DNA of 64,000 nt from assembly GCA_041690135.1 (NCBI GenBank), contig JAWLHY010000001.1:1312001-1376000 (forward strand). The letters are read 5' to 3'. Shown in pieces: positions 47,419 through 57,412 of the stretch. Under the pieces are notes generated by a model. It did not search any database and was not told where the DNA came from. It saw nothing but the letters and a program-made list of their open reading frames with translations. The translations under genes and the position numbers were made by a program. This DNA is from Armatimonadota bacterium (GTDB taxonomy: Bacteria > Armatimonadota > SYMT01). Each line of letters begins with the position of its first letter. Within the stretch, counting starts at the first letter, position 1.

Positions 47419-48963
47419 ATGAGCAGTTCTGCCCCCCAGGTCTTGTTTCTCCGGGAAGGTGACGATGTCGCCGTCGCCTGCCGCCCGCTTTCCGCCGGGT
47501 CGGTGGTCGCGGTAAATGGCAGCGAAGTCCAGTTGCGGACGGACGTTCCCGCCGGTCACAAGATCGCCCTGCACCTCGTTCGGGAAGGCGATCCGGTCCG
47601 GAAATACGGCCAGATCATCGGGTTCGCCACTCGCAGCATCGAACCGGGCGACCACGTCCACGTCCAGAACATGGCGGTCAAACCGCTGCAACTGGACTAC
47701 GAGTACTCCACGGCGGTCCCCGAGGTACAGTACGTGCCGGAAGCGGAGCGCCGCACCTTTCAGGGCTTCAAGCGCCCGGATGGCCGCGTGGGCACGCGTA
47801 ACTACCTGGCCGTCGTTTCTACGGTCAACTGTTCCGCCTCTGTGAGCCGCTTCATCGCCGAGCGCTTCCGGGGAGACGCGCTGAAAGAGTTCCCGAACGT
47901 TGATGGTGTGATCGCGGTCAAGCACATGACCGGCTGCGGCATGAATATCAACGGCGAAGACCTGCGCATGCTGGAGCGTACGCTGGCCGGTTATGCGCGG
48001 CACGCCAACGTGGCCGGGTACATCGTGGTGGGCCTGGGCTGCGAGGTCAACCAGGCCGTAAGCATGGTCCAGCACACCAACCTGATCTCCCTCGGCACGC
48101 CGAGCCGGGTTCCCACGGTCGTCTCGATTCAGGAAGAAGGCGGCGTGACGAAGGCCGTCGAACGCGGCATCAAGGAGATCGCGGCGCTCCTCCCCTATGC
48201 GAACGGCTTCACCCGCTCCACCCAGCCCGCCTCGGAGCTCTTCGTGGCCACGAACTGCGGCGGCAGCGACGGCAACTCGGGCGTAACCGCCAACCCGGCC
48301 GTCGGCTGGATGACGGACGAAATGGTCCGGCATGGCGGGACCTCGGTCCTGGCGGAGACCAGCGAGACCTACGGCGCCGAACACCTGCTCACGCGGCGCG
48401 CCGTGAGCCGCGAAGTGGGTGAAAAGCTGGTGGCGTTGATGCGGTGGTGGGAGAAGTACACCTCCATGCACGGCGCCGAGATCGACAACAACCCCTCGCC
48501 GGGCAACAAGGCGGGCGGCCTCACCACCATCTATGAGAAGTCGCTCGGCGCCCTGGCGAAGGGCGGCACGAGCCCGCTGGTGGACGTGCTCCAGTTCGCC
48601 GAACCGATCCGCAAGCGTGGCTTCCTCTTCATGGACACGCCGGGACACGATCCCGTCTCCATCACCGGGCTGGTGGCCGGTGGCTGCAACGTGGTGGTCT
48701 TCACCACGGGGCGCGGCTCCGTGTTCGGCTGCAAGCCGGCGCCGAGCATCAAAGTGGCCACGAACACTCGCCTGTTCGAGCATATGAACGACGACATGGA
48801 CATCAACGCCGGCGTGATCCTGGAAGGGGCCTCGGTGCCGGACGTGGGTCGCGTCCTCTTCGAGAAGATCCTCTCCGTGGCCAGCGGCGAGCGCACGAAG
48901 AGCGAACTGAGCGGAATCGGAGACGAAGAGTTCGTGCCGTGGATGACCGGCGCGGTGCTGTAA
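47419..48963 (+). CDS. UxaA/GarD family sugar-acid dehydratase with N-terminal SAF domain
   Basis: GHKIA..KYGQ.IG..HVHVQN, GTRNY, CGGSD, NPSPGNKAGGLTTI.EKSLG, FTTGRG. Confidence 0.93.
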   Translation: MSSSAPQVLFLREGDDVAVACRPLSAGSVVAVNGSEVQLRTDVPAGHKIALHLVREGDPVRKYGQIIGFATRSIEPGDHVHVQNMAVKPLQLDYEYSTAVPEVQYVPEAERRTFQGFKRPDGRVGTRNYLAVVSTVNCSASVSRFIAERFRGDALKEFPNVDGVIAVKHMTGCGMNINGEDLRMLERTLAGYARHANVAGYIVVGLGCEVNQAVSMVQHTNLISLGTPSRVPTVVSIQEEGGVTKAVERGIKEIAALLPYANGFTRSTQPASELFVATNCGGSDGNSGVTANPAVGWMTDEMVRHGGTSVLAETSETYGAEHLLTRRAVSREVGEKLVALMRWWEKYTSMHGAEIDNNPSPGNKAGGLTTIYEKSLGALAKGGTSPLVDVLQFAEPIRKRGFLFMDTPGHDPVSITGLVAGGCNVVVFTTGRGSVFGCKPAPSIKVATNTRLFEHMNDDMDINAGVILEGASVPDVGRVLFEKILSVASGERTKSELSGIGDEEFVPWMTGAVL

Positions 48964-48997
48964 CTGCTTGCACCAGAGCGCCCCACCGCGTACTTTC

Positions 48998-49035
48998 GAA
49001 GCGGGGGCGGATGGGTACCCATCCGCCCCCGCTTC
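48998..49035. repeat. Perfect 38-bp palindrome (terminator-like)
   Basis: gaagcgggggcggatgggt|acccatccgcccccgcttc. Confidence 0.85.
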
Positions 49036-49074
49036 TTGCGGGTGATTGCGATCGAATCGGACAGGAGCGGGCCA

Positions 49075-49719
49075 ATGGAGATCGAAGAGAGGCTGGCACT
49101 CGTGGAGGCGCGTCTGGCGCGCTCGGAGCAGCGAGAGGCACGTTACCGGCGTACCGCCCTGGCTTCGCTGGCTCTGGTGCTGGGGGTGGGTTTCCTCGCG
49201 CTGGCTAGGCCCGCGGAAACGGACAAGGTGGGGACCGAACTGAAGGGCCCGGTCAGCATCGTGGACAAAGACGGGCGGACCATCTTCGAGATGGGCTCCG
49301 GGAACGGAATGCCCTACCTCCTGATGTTGAACGACCAGCAGGAACTGGTGGCGCGGATCGGCGGGTCTACCGAGACGGGCGGCGGCTTCCTCGACCTGCT
49401 CCACTCGACGGGGCGCGAGGGTCTCAAGCTGGCGCTGGATGATTACGGCGGGTCCGTGCGGACCTTCGACAAGAAGCGGCGACCCCGCGTGACCATCGAC
49501 GGGGACCGTCACGGTGGGCGGGTAGTCCTCTCCGATACTGAAGGCTCCTTCAAAGGCTGGTTCCACATGCGGGAACGGGGCGGCGTGCTGCTATTGAGCG
49601 GCAACGAACTGAAGAATACCGCCTACCTGGGCCCCGCGGAAGACGACGCGGGACAGTTAATTCTCTACACCCCCCAGGACCAGAAGGGGAACCGGATCGC
49701 CCCCGAGAAGAAGCAGTAG
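49075..49719 (+). CDS. Hypothetical single-TM protein with repetitive beta-strand domain
   Basis: CAGGAG RBS; coiled-coil plus TM, then repeated GG.x.L.D..G motifs. Confidence 0.7.
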   Translation: MEIEERLALVEARLARSEQREARYRRTALASLALVLGVGFLALARPAETDKVGTELKGPVSIVDKDGRTIFEMGSGNGMPYLLMLNDQQELVARIGGSTETGGGFLDLLHSTGREGLKLALDDYGGSVRTFDKKRRPRVTIDGDRHGGRVVLSDTEGSFKGWFHMRERGGVLLLSGNELKNTAYLGPAEDDAGQLILYTPQDQKGNRIAPEKKQ

Positions 49720-49758
49720 CGTTAGGGGCAACACCTGAATAGAGCGAGAGTGAAGACG

Positions 49759-50991
49759 ATGTCTGAGAAGAACCTGGACCGACTGGTCAGAGAAGCCCTG
49801 GAGGCGGGTGAAGGTTTATTGCGGCTGGCGCCCAACTGGGTGCCTCGCTCCTTCCTGATGCCGGGGCGGCGGCTAAAGCTGCACCCGAACGACTACTACG
49901 CCCTCGGCACGCACCGGGGCGGCATCGACGAGCGCTGGTTTGCCTCCACCACGCAGGCCATGAACGAGGGCGCTCCTCCGGATGAGGGCCTGAGTTACGT
50001 GGTCCATGAAGACCACCGCTTTACTCTCCTGGATGCCGTTCAGGCGGCTGGCGCGCAGTTGATCGGGAAGGAGCTCTGGGACAAGTACCAGCGGTGGCCC
50101 GTCTACTCCAAGTTCTTCGACAACATGGGGCCCATCCCCCACCACATGCACCAGGACGACGAGCAGGCCGCCCGGGTGGGGCAGCAGGGAAAGCCGGAAT
50201 CCTACTACTTCCCGCCGCAGTTGAACAACGTCGGCAACAACTTCCCCTACACCTTCTTCGGCCTGGAGCCGGGCACCACCAAGGCGGAGCTCCGCCGCTG
50301 CCTGGAGCGCTGGAACGAGGGCGACAACGGGATTCTCGACCTCTCCAAGGCCAGCCGCCTCAAGCCCGGTACGGGCTGGCTGGTGCCGCCCTGCGTGCTC
50401 CACGCCCCCGGCTCGCTCCTCACCTATGAGCCGCAGTGGGGTTCGGATGTCTTCGCCATGTACCAGTCGATGGTCGAGGGCCGCGCCGTGGGCTGGGACC
50501 TCCTGGTGAAGGACATGCCGGAAGACAAGAAGCAGGATCTCGACTTCATCGTCGAGCAGCTCGACTGGGAAGCCAACACCGACCCGCGCTTCCGCGAGAA
50601 CCACTATCTGGAGCCGATCCTGGCGGACGGCGGTCCCGAAGCGGGCTATGAGGACCGCTGGATCGTCTATGGAAGGATCCGCGGCGAAAGCCTGTTCAGC
50701 GCCAAGGAGCTAACGGTCCAGCCGGGCGCCCGGGCCGTCATCCGCGACCACGGAGCTTCCGGCCTGATTGCGGTCCAGGGCTCCGGGCGGATCGGTCGCC
50801 TCCCCCTCCAGACTCCGGTGATGATCCGCTTCGGAGAGATGACCCAGGACGAAGTCTTCATCACCCAGGAAGCGGCCCAGGGCGGCGTCGAGATCGTGAA
50901 CACCGGCACCGAGCCGCTGGTCACCCTCCGCTACTTCGGCCCCGAGCAGGCCCCCGGCGTCCCCGAAGTCGGCGCCTATCGCAGCGCGTAA
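49759..50991 (+). CDS. Cupin-fold protein, class I phosphomannose-isomerase-like
   Basis: KFFD..PHHMHQ..GKPESYY..LHAPG..EPQ..SD metal-binding pattern. Confidence 0.65.
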   Translation: MSEKNLDRLVREALEAGEGLLRLAPNWVPRSFLMPGRRLKLHPNDYYALGTHRGGIDERWFASTTQAMNEGAPPDEGLSYVVHEDHRFTLLDAVQAAGAQLIGKELWDKYQRWPVYSKFFDNMGPIPHHMHQDDEQAARVGQQGKPESYYFPPQLNNVGNNFPYTFFGLEPGTTKAELRRCLERWNEGDNGILDLSKASRLKPGTGWLVPPCVLHAPGSLLTYEPQWGSDVFAMYQSMVEGRAVGWDLLVKDMPEDKKQDLDFIVEQLDWEANTDPRFRENHYLEPILADGGPEAGYEDRWIVYGRIRGESLFSAKELTVQPGARAVIRDHGASGLIAVQGSGRIGRLPLQTPVMIRFGEMTQDEVFITQEAAQGGVEIVNTGTEPLVTLRYFGPEQAPGVPEVGAYRSA

Positions 50992-51075
50992 CCCACGGTT
51001 CGGAATTCCGCAGGGCTTGCCCGCGGAATCACACGGATAAGGAACGCGGAAGTTCCGAGCGACTGCGTAGACACA

Positions 51076-51472
51076 GTAGGTGTTCGGTCTGGCTGCTGCT
51101 GGAGGTGGTAGCCAGGCCGAACTACGGTGGCCAACGCGAGAGGGAGTATTCCGGCAAGTAATCCAAGGTCCGGCATGAATCCCCACAAATGTAGGGGCGT
51201 GCCGCTGTGCCTGCCCTATTCTGGGTTGAATGACTCATGGCAAACGCGTACTCGAACCAACGGTTGCGGGACTGGTAGGCCGGACAATTTGCGGGCCAAC
51301 GCCCGTCCGGACCCGTATGGGCGAAAACGCGACGCCCCAGGGGCACCCGGCGAAAGACGCGAAAAGGAAGGCCCATCCCCTAGCCAGGAGCCCCGGAGGG
51401 GCGAAGACAATAGCCGGGGGTGCAAACCCCCGGACGCGCGCCCCCACACAACAGCCCTGAAAGGGCGACAGA
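51076..51472. repeat. Cluster of REP-like hairpins
   Basis: GTAG..CTAC hairpin 51076-51125; gtaggggcgtgccgctgtgcctgccct 51191; agccccggaggggc, ccgggggtgcaaacccccgg, agccctgaaagggcg. Confidence 0.7.
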
Positions 51473-51563
51473 GCAGCGCGTCTTGAGGAATGCGGAACCG
51501 CCCAGACGGGCACCCGATGTCCGAAGGGAGTAACCCGCTCAAGTACGCCCACGAGAATGCCCC

Positions 51564-52013
51564 ATGCCACGCAAATCCGCTGGGCACAAAACCCTTCGCA
51601 AGCCGACCCAACTCGGTGGCGACCGCGTCAAGCTCCTCGTGGTCGGGTTCTACGAAGTGGATGAGGAAGAAGGCCCCATACTGGTAGAGGGCATCCTCAT
51701 CGGCCCGGCCTATTTCGTGGATGATCCCGAAAACTTCCGGTTCTACACCCCGCTGGGTTACGAAGAACCGACGCCGATCACCCGCATCTTCTACCTGGAC
51801 CCCCTGGGAGAAAAACTGGTCGGCAGCTATCTCCATCCACGCCCCAGCGTCAATCCCCGCAAGTGGCCGGAGTGTATGCAAACGACCCGCCAGCGGTTTG
51901 TAGCCATCCTTCCCCACGGTGAAGGACTCATGACGCCGTTCGGGACGGTGCTGGCGGAGGAAATCGAACCGATCCCCGAACGACTCCTTCGCCTGATCTG
52001 GCTGGAAGACTGA
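51564..52013 (+). CDS. Hypothetical protein
   Basis: Globular composition, genome-like codon use, co-oriented in the cluster. Confidence 0.65.
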   Translation: MPRKSAGHKTLRKPTQLGGDRVKLLVVGFYEVDEEEGPILVEGILIGPAYFVDDPENFRFYTPLGYEEPTPITRIFYLDPLGEKLVGSYLHPRPSVNPRKWPECMQTTRQRFVAILPHGEGLMTPFGTVLAEEIEPIPERLLRLIWLED

Positions 52014-52105
52014 TTTTCCACCGGAAAGCGTGCAGGCACTCCTCGCCCTCCCGGCTAACCTGAAGGCGGCGCCCGCATCGCCGCGGCGCGTATCGGGAGG
52101 GCTCA

Positions 52106-53002
52106 ATGAAGAGGATTTCCATCGGGTCGTGGGCGTACACCATCGGCCCTTACGCCGGCAATCCGGTACCTTTCGACGAAGTAATCGACCGCCTAGCCGG
52201 CCTCGGTTTCGACGGCGTGGAACTGGGCGGCTTCCCCCCTCACCCCAACCCGGATCAGCTGATTACTCGCGAGGAGCGACAGGCCGTCGCGGCGCAGGTC
52301 CGTGCGAAGGGGCTCGCCTGGTCCGGGCTCGCCGCCAACCTCTGGGGCGAAAAGCTCATCAACACCGACGACCCCGCGAAATACATCTCCGAGTTCGAGA
52401 AGAACGTCGTCTTCTGCAACGACCTCGGCATCGACGCCATCCGCGTGGATACCGTCCAGCCGCCCACCATTTTCTCGGAGGTCGACCCCGAAACAGCGCG
52501 CCGGCGGGTGGTGAACACCTGGAAGCATTGCTCCCGGTTCGCCGCCGACCGCGGGGTGCGGGTGGTGTGGGAATTTGAGCCCGGTTTCGCCTTTAACAAG
52601 CCGTCCGACATCTTCCGTATCCTGGACGAGGTGAACGACGACAACTTCAGCGTGGAATTCGACACCTGCCATGCGCACATGGTGGCCGCGGTGGGAGCCC
52701 GCCAGCCGGGCGAGAAGGAGACCCTTCCCGGCGGCGCGCTGGAGTTGGCGCAAAAGCTTCGCGGTAAGATCGGCCACGTGCACCTGATCGATTCGGACGG
52801 CACCCTTCACGACGACGAGACCTCCACCCACGCCCCCATCGGCGAGGGGCTGCTGGACTTCGACGTGCTGCTGCCGGAGTTCAACCGCGGCGGCGTGCCG
52901 ACGGACTGGTGGTGCATCGATCTCTGCTGCTGGCCGGACGCCTGGGCCGTGACGGAGAAGTGCAAGCGGGCCGTGGATGCCCTGAACGCGAAGTACGGGT
53001 AG
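52106..53002 (+). CDS. Sugar phosphate isomerase/epimerase (xylose-isomerase-like TIM barrel)
   Basis: GFDGVEL, WEFEPGF, FDTCH, HVHLID. Confidence 0.88.
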   Translation: MKRISIGSWAYTIGPYAGNPVPFDEVIDRLAGLGFDGVELGGFPPHPNPDQLITREERQAVAAQVRAKGLAWSGLAANLWGEKLINTDDPAKYISEFEKNVVFCNDLGIDAIRVDTVQPPTIFSEVDPETARRRVVNTWKHCSRFAADRGVRVVWEFEPGFAFNKPSDIFRILDEVNDDNFSVEFDTCHAHMVAAVGARQPGEKETLPGGALELAQKLRGKIGHVHLIDSDGTLHDDETSTHAPIGEGLLDFDVLLPEFNRGGVPTDWWCIDLCCWPDAWAVTEKCKRAVDALNAKYG

Positions 53003-53007
53003 TCACC

Positions 53008-54150
53008 ATGAGCAAACCCCTCAACATCGGATTGATCGGCTACGGATTCATGGGGCGGGCGCACTCCAATGCCTATCGCCAGGTGAACCAATTCTTCGAT
53101 CTGGAATACCGGCCGGTCCTTAAGGCCGCATGCGCGCGCAACCCGGAGAAGATCCGCGCCTTCGCGGAGAACTGGGGCTGGGAGTCGGTGGAGACCGACT
53201 GGCGGCGCTTGATCGAGCGGAAGGATATCGACGCCATCGATATCGGCAGCCCAAACAACACCCACCGTGAGATTGCCCTCGCCGCCGCCCAGGCCGGGAA
53301 AATGGTCCTGTGCGAGAAGCCGCTGGCCATGAACGGCGCCGAGGCGCGGGAGATGACCGACGCCATCGAGCGGGCGGGCGTCCCGAACATGGTATGGTTC
53401 AACTACCGGCGCGTCCCGGCGATCACGCTGGCGAAGCAGGTGGTGGACGAAGGCCGTATCGGCCGCCCATTCCACTACCGGGCGCAGTATCTGCAGGATT
53501 GGACCATCAGCCCGGACCTCCCGCTCGGCGGGCAAACGCTGTGGCGCCTGGACGCGGACGTCGCCGGGTCCGGGGTCTCCGGCGACCTGGTGGCGCACTC
53601 CATCGACACGGCGATGTGGCTCAACGGCCGGATTGCCTCCGTATCGGGGATGACGGAGGTCTTCGTCAAGGAACGGCCCGTGCAGGACGAGCCCGGCCGG
53701 ACCAGGCCGGTGACCATCGACGACGCCTGCCAGTTCATGTGCCGGTTCGAAAACGGCGCGCTCGGCCTCTTCGAGTCAACGCGCTACGCCCGCGGACGCA
53801 AGAACTTCAACACCTTCGAGCTGAACGGCGCCGACGCTTCGGTGTACTTCAACCTGGAAGACCCGCACCGGCTTCAGTTCTATGATCATGGCGATCCAGA
53901 CCACCTCCACGGCTGGCGGGGCATCCACGTGACCGGGTTCGAGCACCCCTACATGAAGAACTGGTGGGTGCCGGGCTGCACCATCGGCTACGAGCACACC
54001 TTTATCAACGCGCTGGCCGACTTCCTGAAGGGACTGGAAACAGGCATCCCCGCCCAGCCCACCTTCCGCGACGCCCTCCACACCCAACTGGTCCTCGACG
54101 CCGTCCTGGAATCCGCAAAGACCGGGCAATGGGTAGAGGTCGCTTACTAG
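53008..54150 (+). CDS. Gfo/Idh/MocA oxidoreductase
   Basis: GYGFMG, CEKP, FNYRR.PA, GDLVAH.ID. Confidence 0.93.
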   Translation: MSKPLNIGLIGYGFMGRAHSNAYRQVNQFFDLEYRPVLKAACARNPEKIRAFAENWGWESVETDWRRLIERKDIDAIDIGSPNNTHREIALAAAQAGKMVLCEKPLAMNGAEAREMTDAIERAGVPNMVWFNYRRVPAITLAKQVVDEGRIGRPFHYRAQYLQDWTISPDLPLGGQTLWRLDADVAGSGVSGDLVAHSIDTAMWLNGRIASVSGMTEVFVKERPVQDEPGRTRPVTIDDACQFMCRFENGALGLFESTRYARGRKNFNTFELNGADASVYFNLEDPHRLQFYDHGDPDHLHGWRGIHVTGFEHPYMKNWWVPGCTIGYEHTFINALADFLKGLETGIPAQPTFRDALHTQLVLDAVLESAKTGQWVEVAY

Positions 54151-54158
54151 GAACCCTG

Positions 54159-55019
54159 ATGATTCACCATAAAGTCAAATTCGGAATGAACCTGCTTCTC
54201 TGGACGGCGGGTGTTACGGAAGCGCACTTCCCCCTTCTCGCGAAGATCAAAGAGTGGGGTTTCGACGGGGCCGAGCTGCCCCTCTTCGACGCCGACGAGG
54301 CGACCCTCAAGCGGACGGCCGCCGAAGTCGCCAACCTGGGGCTGGGCGTGACCACGGTCACCGTCTGCTCCGCCGAGACGAACCCCGTCTCCCCGGATGC
54401 TGCCGTCCGGCAGGCGGCCCTCGACTATCTCAAGCAGCGCATCGACTGGACCGCCACTCTCGGCGGCGAGCTGCTGTGCGGGCCGATCCACTCCGCCCTC
54501 GGCTATTTCACCGGCACGGGCCGGACGGACGACGAGTGGCGGCGGGGGGTAGAAGTGCTGCGCGCCGCCGCCGAGCACGCGGCACAGGCGGGGGTGAAGC
54601 TCTCGGTCGAGCCCCTGAACCGCTTCGAGTGCTACTTCCTCAACACCGCGGAAGACGCCGACCGCTTCGTGGCGGAAGTCGATCACCCCAACCTGGGCTA
54701 CCTCTACGACACCTTCCACGCCAATATCGAAGAGCGGGACATTCACCGGGCCATCCGCGCCAACTTCAAGGGCATCAACCACGTCCACGTCTCGGAGAAC
54801 GACCGCGGCGTCCCCGGCCGGGGCCATGTCCACTGGCGTGAGACCTTCGAAGCCCTCAACCGCTCCGGCTACGAAGGTTGGCTCACCATCGAAGCATTCG
54901 GCCGCGCCCTCCCCGAGCTCGCCGCCGCCACCCGCGTCTGGCGCGACCTCTTCCCCAGTGAGGAAGAAGTGGCCACCCACGGCATCGACTTCATCAAGGG
55001 AAGCTGGTCGATGTCCTGA
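54159..55019 (+). CDS. D-psicose/D-tagatose 3-epimerase-like TIM barrel
   Basis: EPLNRFE, DTFHANIEE, HVSENDRG.PG.G, IEAF. Confidence 0.88.
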   Translation: MIHHKVKFGMNLLLWTAGVTEAHFPLLAKIKEWGFDGAELPLFDADEATLKRTAAEVANLGLGVTTVTVCSAETNPVSPDAAVRQAALDYLKQRIDWTATLGGELLCGPIHSALGYFTGTGRTDDEWRRGVEVLRAAAEHAAQAGVKLSVEPLNRFECYFLNTAEDADRFVAEVDHPNLGYLYDTFHANIEERDIHRAIRANFKGINHVHVSENDRGVPGRGHVHWRETFEALNRSGYEGWLTIEAFGRALPELAAATRVWRDLFPSEEEVATHGIDFIKGSWSMS

Positions 55020-55286
55020 TCGAGTGCCACCGCGCCCGTCCAGATTTCGCCGCCAGGGATATCAGGTAGCGAAGTCGGGCGGGTGCGCCTGGCAGTTTCT
55101 ATTCCCTCTCCCACAAGTCCGCATGCTCCGCACGCTCAGCACCTGACCGGCAAGCCCAATTCGTAGGGGCATCGGCCCTGGTTGCCCTGTCCAGGCTGAG
55201 ATGAGTGCGTGCAAAACCGTAGTCACCCGCGGATCCAGAGCCGGCTTATGGCAGGACCACGAGGTGACCCGATCTGATCCGCATCC

Positions 55287-56378
55287 TCATACATGCCCTC
55301 GCCGCTCCCACTCGGTGCGAATCGCCCGGTATAGCGAGCGGATTTCCTGTTGCTCCTTCGGGCTCAGAAAAGAAGACCCTGCGTGTGCCAGCGCCCGCTG
55401 CCACATGAAGAGACTGCATAGGAGCTCCTCGAGGGTGCCGGCCCAGTGCCCGGTCCGCTGGAACTGCTCCCGCATCCGCCGATCTACCGCGGCGGCCTCC
55501 TCGTAGCCCCCGTAATACCGGTAGGCGTCAAACGACCGCGCATGGCGCATGATCGCCGCCATATCCTCCGTGTCCGGCGGCTCCGGCCTCAACTCGGAGC
55601 AGTTCCCCACCCGCCCCTCCGGGCCGAGCAACCGCGTCACTTCCGCGCGCACCAGGGTCCCCAGGTCCGGCAATTGCCCGTTATCGTCCAGTTCCCATCG
55701 GTAGTCGCCTCCGGGATGCTGGTCGAAGAACGCCACGCAGCACCGGGCCAGGCGTGCCGCGTTCCGGTGCGCCGCCTCCAGGTCAAGACCTGTCTTGAGC
55801 GGCCACTCCCCGTCCGGAGTAGCGTCCGATGGATGTGCCTGATACTCCGACCACGCGTGCGACGCCCACCCGAGGTAGAGGTGAGCGGTGGCGCCCTCGC
55901 AGTAGGCCAGTAGCTCCAGGATCGGAACCCGGACACCGGGAGAGCGCCCCCGGATCCGCTCCAGCAGGATCCAGCCGGACGCGCTCGAATCGTCCATTGC
56001 ATATTCCAGCCAGGTTGCTCCCCAACACTCCAGGCAGGGGTTGAAATTCGCACGGTCCTCCACCCAGTGCAGCCAATCCTGCCGGATGGCCTCGCGGGAC
56101 TCGCGCCAGTTCAGCGCTCCCTCCGGGTGCGCAAGCGTCGAGAAATCCGTGCCGGGTAGCGGCTCCTCCGCGGGGAATGGCGGCGGATTGAACGGAGGTG
56201 TCGGGGTAAGCGACCCTTGGATCGTTCTCCACTCTCCCGAGCCGCCGTGTTCCCCGAAGGTCATCCCCACAGGAACAACCAGGCTGTCAAAGAAGGCGCG
56301 CCCGACCCGCACGAACAGGTCTCGGGCGTCACCAAACGGCCAACAGGACAGGATGAGGGTGGAACCTGAGATACCCAC
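55287..56378 (-). CDS. Hypothetical two-domain protein (start GTG inferred)
   Basis: Starts 5 nt after SUKH stop; C-terminal P..D..I..ARSFDAY..G..L.EL..LF..QR..H domain. Confidence 0.6.
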   Translation of the reverse strand: MGISGSTLILSCWPFGDARDLFVRVGRAFFDSLVVPVGMTFGEHGGSGEWRTIQGSLTPTPPFNPPPFPAEEPLPGTDFSTLAHPEGALNWRESREAIRQDWLHWVEDRANFNPCLECWGATWLEYAMDDSSASGWILLERIRGRSPGVRVPILELLAYCEGATAHLYLGWASHAWSEYQAHPSDATPDGEWPLKTGLDLEAAHRNAARLARCCVAFFDQHPGGDYRWELDDNGQLPDLGTLVRAEVTRLLGPEGRVGNCSELRPEPPDTEDMAAIMRHARSFDAYRYYGGYEEAAAVDRRMREQFQRTGHWAGTLEELLCSLFMWQRALAHAGSSFLSPKEQQEIRSLYRAIRTEWERRGHV

Positions 56379-56383
56379 ACTGA

Positions 56384-56914
56384 TTACCCTCCGGGCTCGA
56401 ACACCGGCTCCAGGGGTTCGATGAGATCCTCCGGAAAGCACCCGGGCACGATCTCCCGTCTCACCCACTTCGCTAGAAAGGTGCTCATGTCCATCGCATA
56501 CTCCTCGTATCCCAGGAATTCGCTGTCCACCAGCACTACCGGCCACGCCTCCGGTTCCCCCGCCATTCGCCAGTACACGCTGTCTCCGTTGTTGCTGCCG
56601 CCCCAGCACAGCAGACCCCCCGGCACCGGGTAGGTCGGAAACGGCAGCCGCTCCGGCTGATTGGCGCGATGGATGTTGTAGATCTCCAGCCACGCCTCGT
56701 TGCACTTCGCCAGCGACTCCAACGTCGAAAACGGGTTGGCGGGGAAGAGGAAGCCGTAGAACCCTCCCCTACCATAGTGGAAGACGTATTGCTTGTAGTC
56801 CATCGGCAGGCGAAGGCCCAACTCGCGTTCAACGCTTTCCCAGTTGGGAGAAGTGGGAATGTCCAGGGGTTCCGCCGGGGGCGGCGCAACCGAAGTAAGG
56901 TCATCTATAGACAC
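56384..56914 (-). CDS. SMI1/KNR4 (SUKH) family immunity-type protein
   Basis: WESVERELGLRLP.DYK..YG.G..WG.S.NGD..YW..W.VV..FL..W. Confidence 0.88.
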   Translation of the reverse strand: MSIDDLTSVAPPPAEPLDIPTSPNWESVERELGLRLPMDYKQYVFHYGRGGFYGFLFPANPFSTLESLAKCNEAWLEIYNIHRANQPERLPFPTYPVPGGLLCWGGSNNGDSVYWRMAGEPEAWPVVLVDSEFLGYEEYAMDMSTFLAKWVRREIVPGCFPEDLIEPLEPVFEPGG

Positions 56915-56995
56915 GGCAAACCCTCCTGTGTATCCGATGCATTACAGCGCGGCTCCTGGCGAACGGACCGGCCTTTGTCCACCGCACCTGTGTAG

Positions 56996-57219
56996 GTAGG
57001 GTCGGCGCCGTACACCCGGAGCGGCATAGGGCTATCCCCGACCGGGATGTTGTCTCCGAACCCGGAATGCACCACGGTAGCCGCAATGGTGGTGGTAGGG
57101 TCGACGCCGTACACCCGGCGAAGCAGAGGGCTGTCCCCGACCAGGATCGTGCCTCCGCACCTGGATTGCATACCGGCACCAGCCCCCGCCCCTGATCCCG
57201 CCTCCGCACCCGGATTGCA
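56996..57219. repeat. ~76-bp GTAG-initiated direct repeats (period 99) plus a partial third copy
   Basis: gtagggtcgRcgccgtacacccgg..agggctRtccccgacc..ctccg.acc.gga.tgca at 56996 and 57095; tail repeated near 57194. Confidence 0.85.
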
Positions 57220-57412
57220 AAACGGTAGTTCCGGAGCATGCCCCCGTCGTGCCTGGAAGGACTACCCTCGCGCCATCACAAAGGGCGGGGATGCAGCCAT
57301 TAAGAGTGCGTCATCGGGAGAGAACGCCAGCCTGCGAGGACAGCAGGAGTCGCTCGCCGCGATGGAGCGCACGCGGTATTCCCCGACGAGAGCCTCCGCT
57401 GCGGCGAATGCC

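Noticed and set aside
46786-49566. 926-aa minus-strand ORF
   Set aside because: Antisense shadow of the C26, UxaA and hypothetical genes in high-GC DNA; no recognisable motifs.
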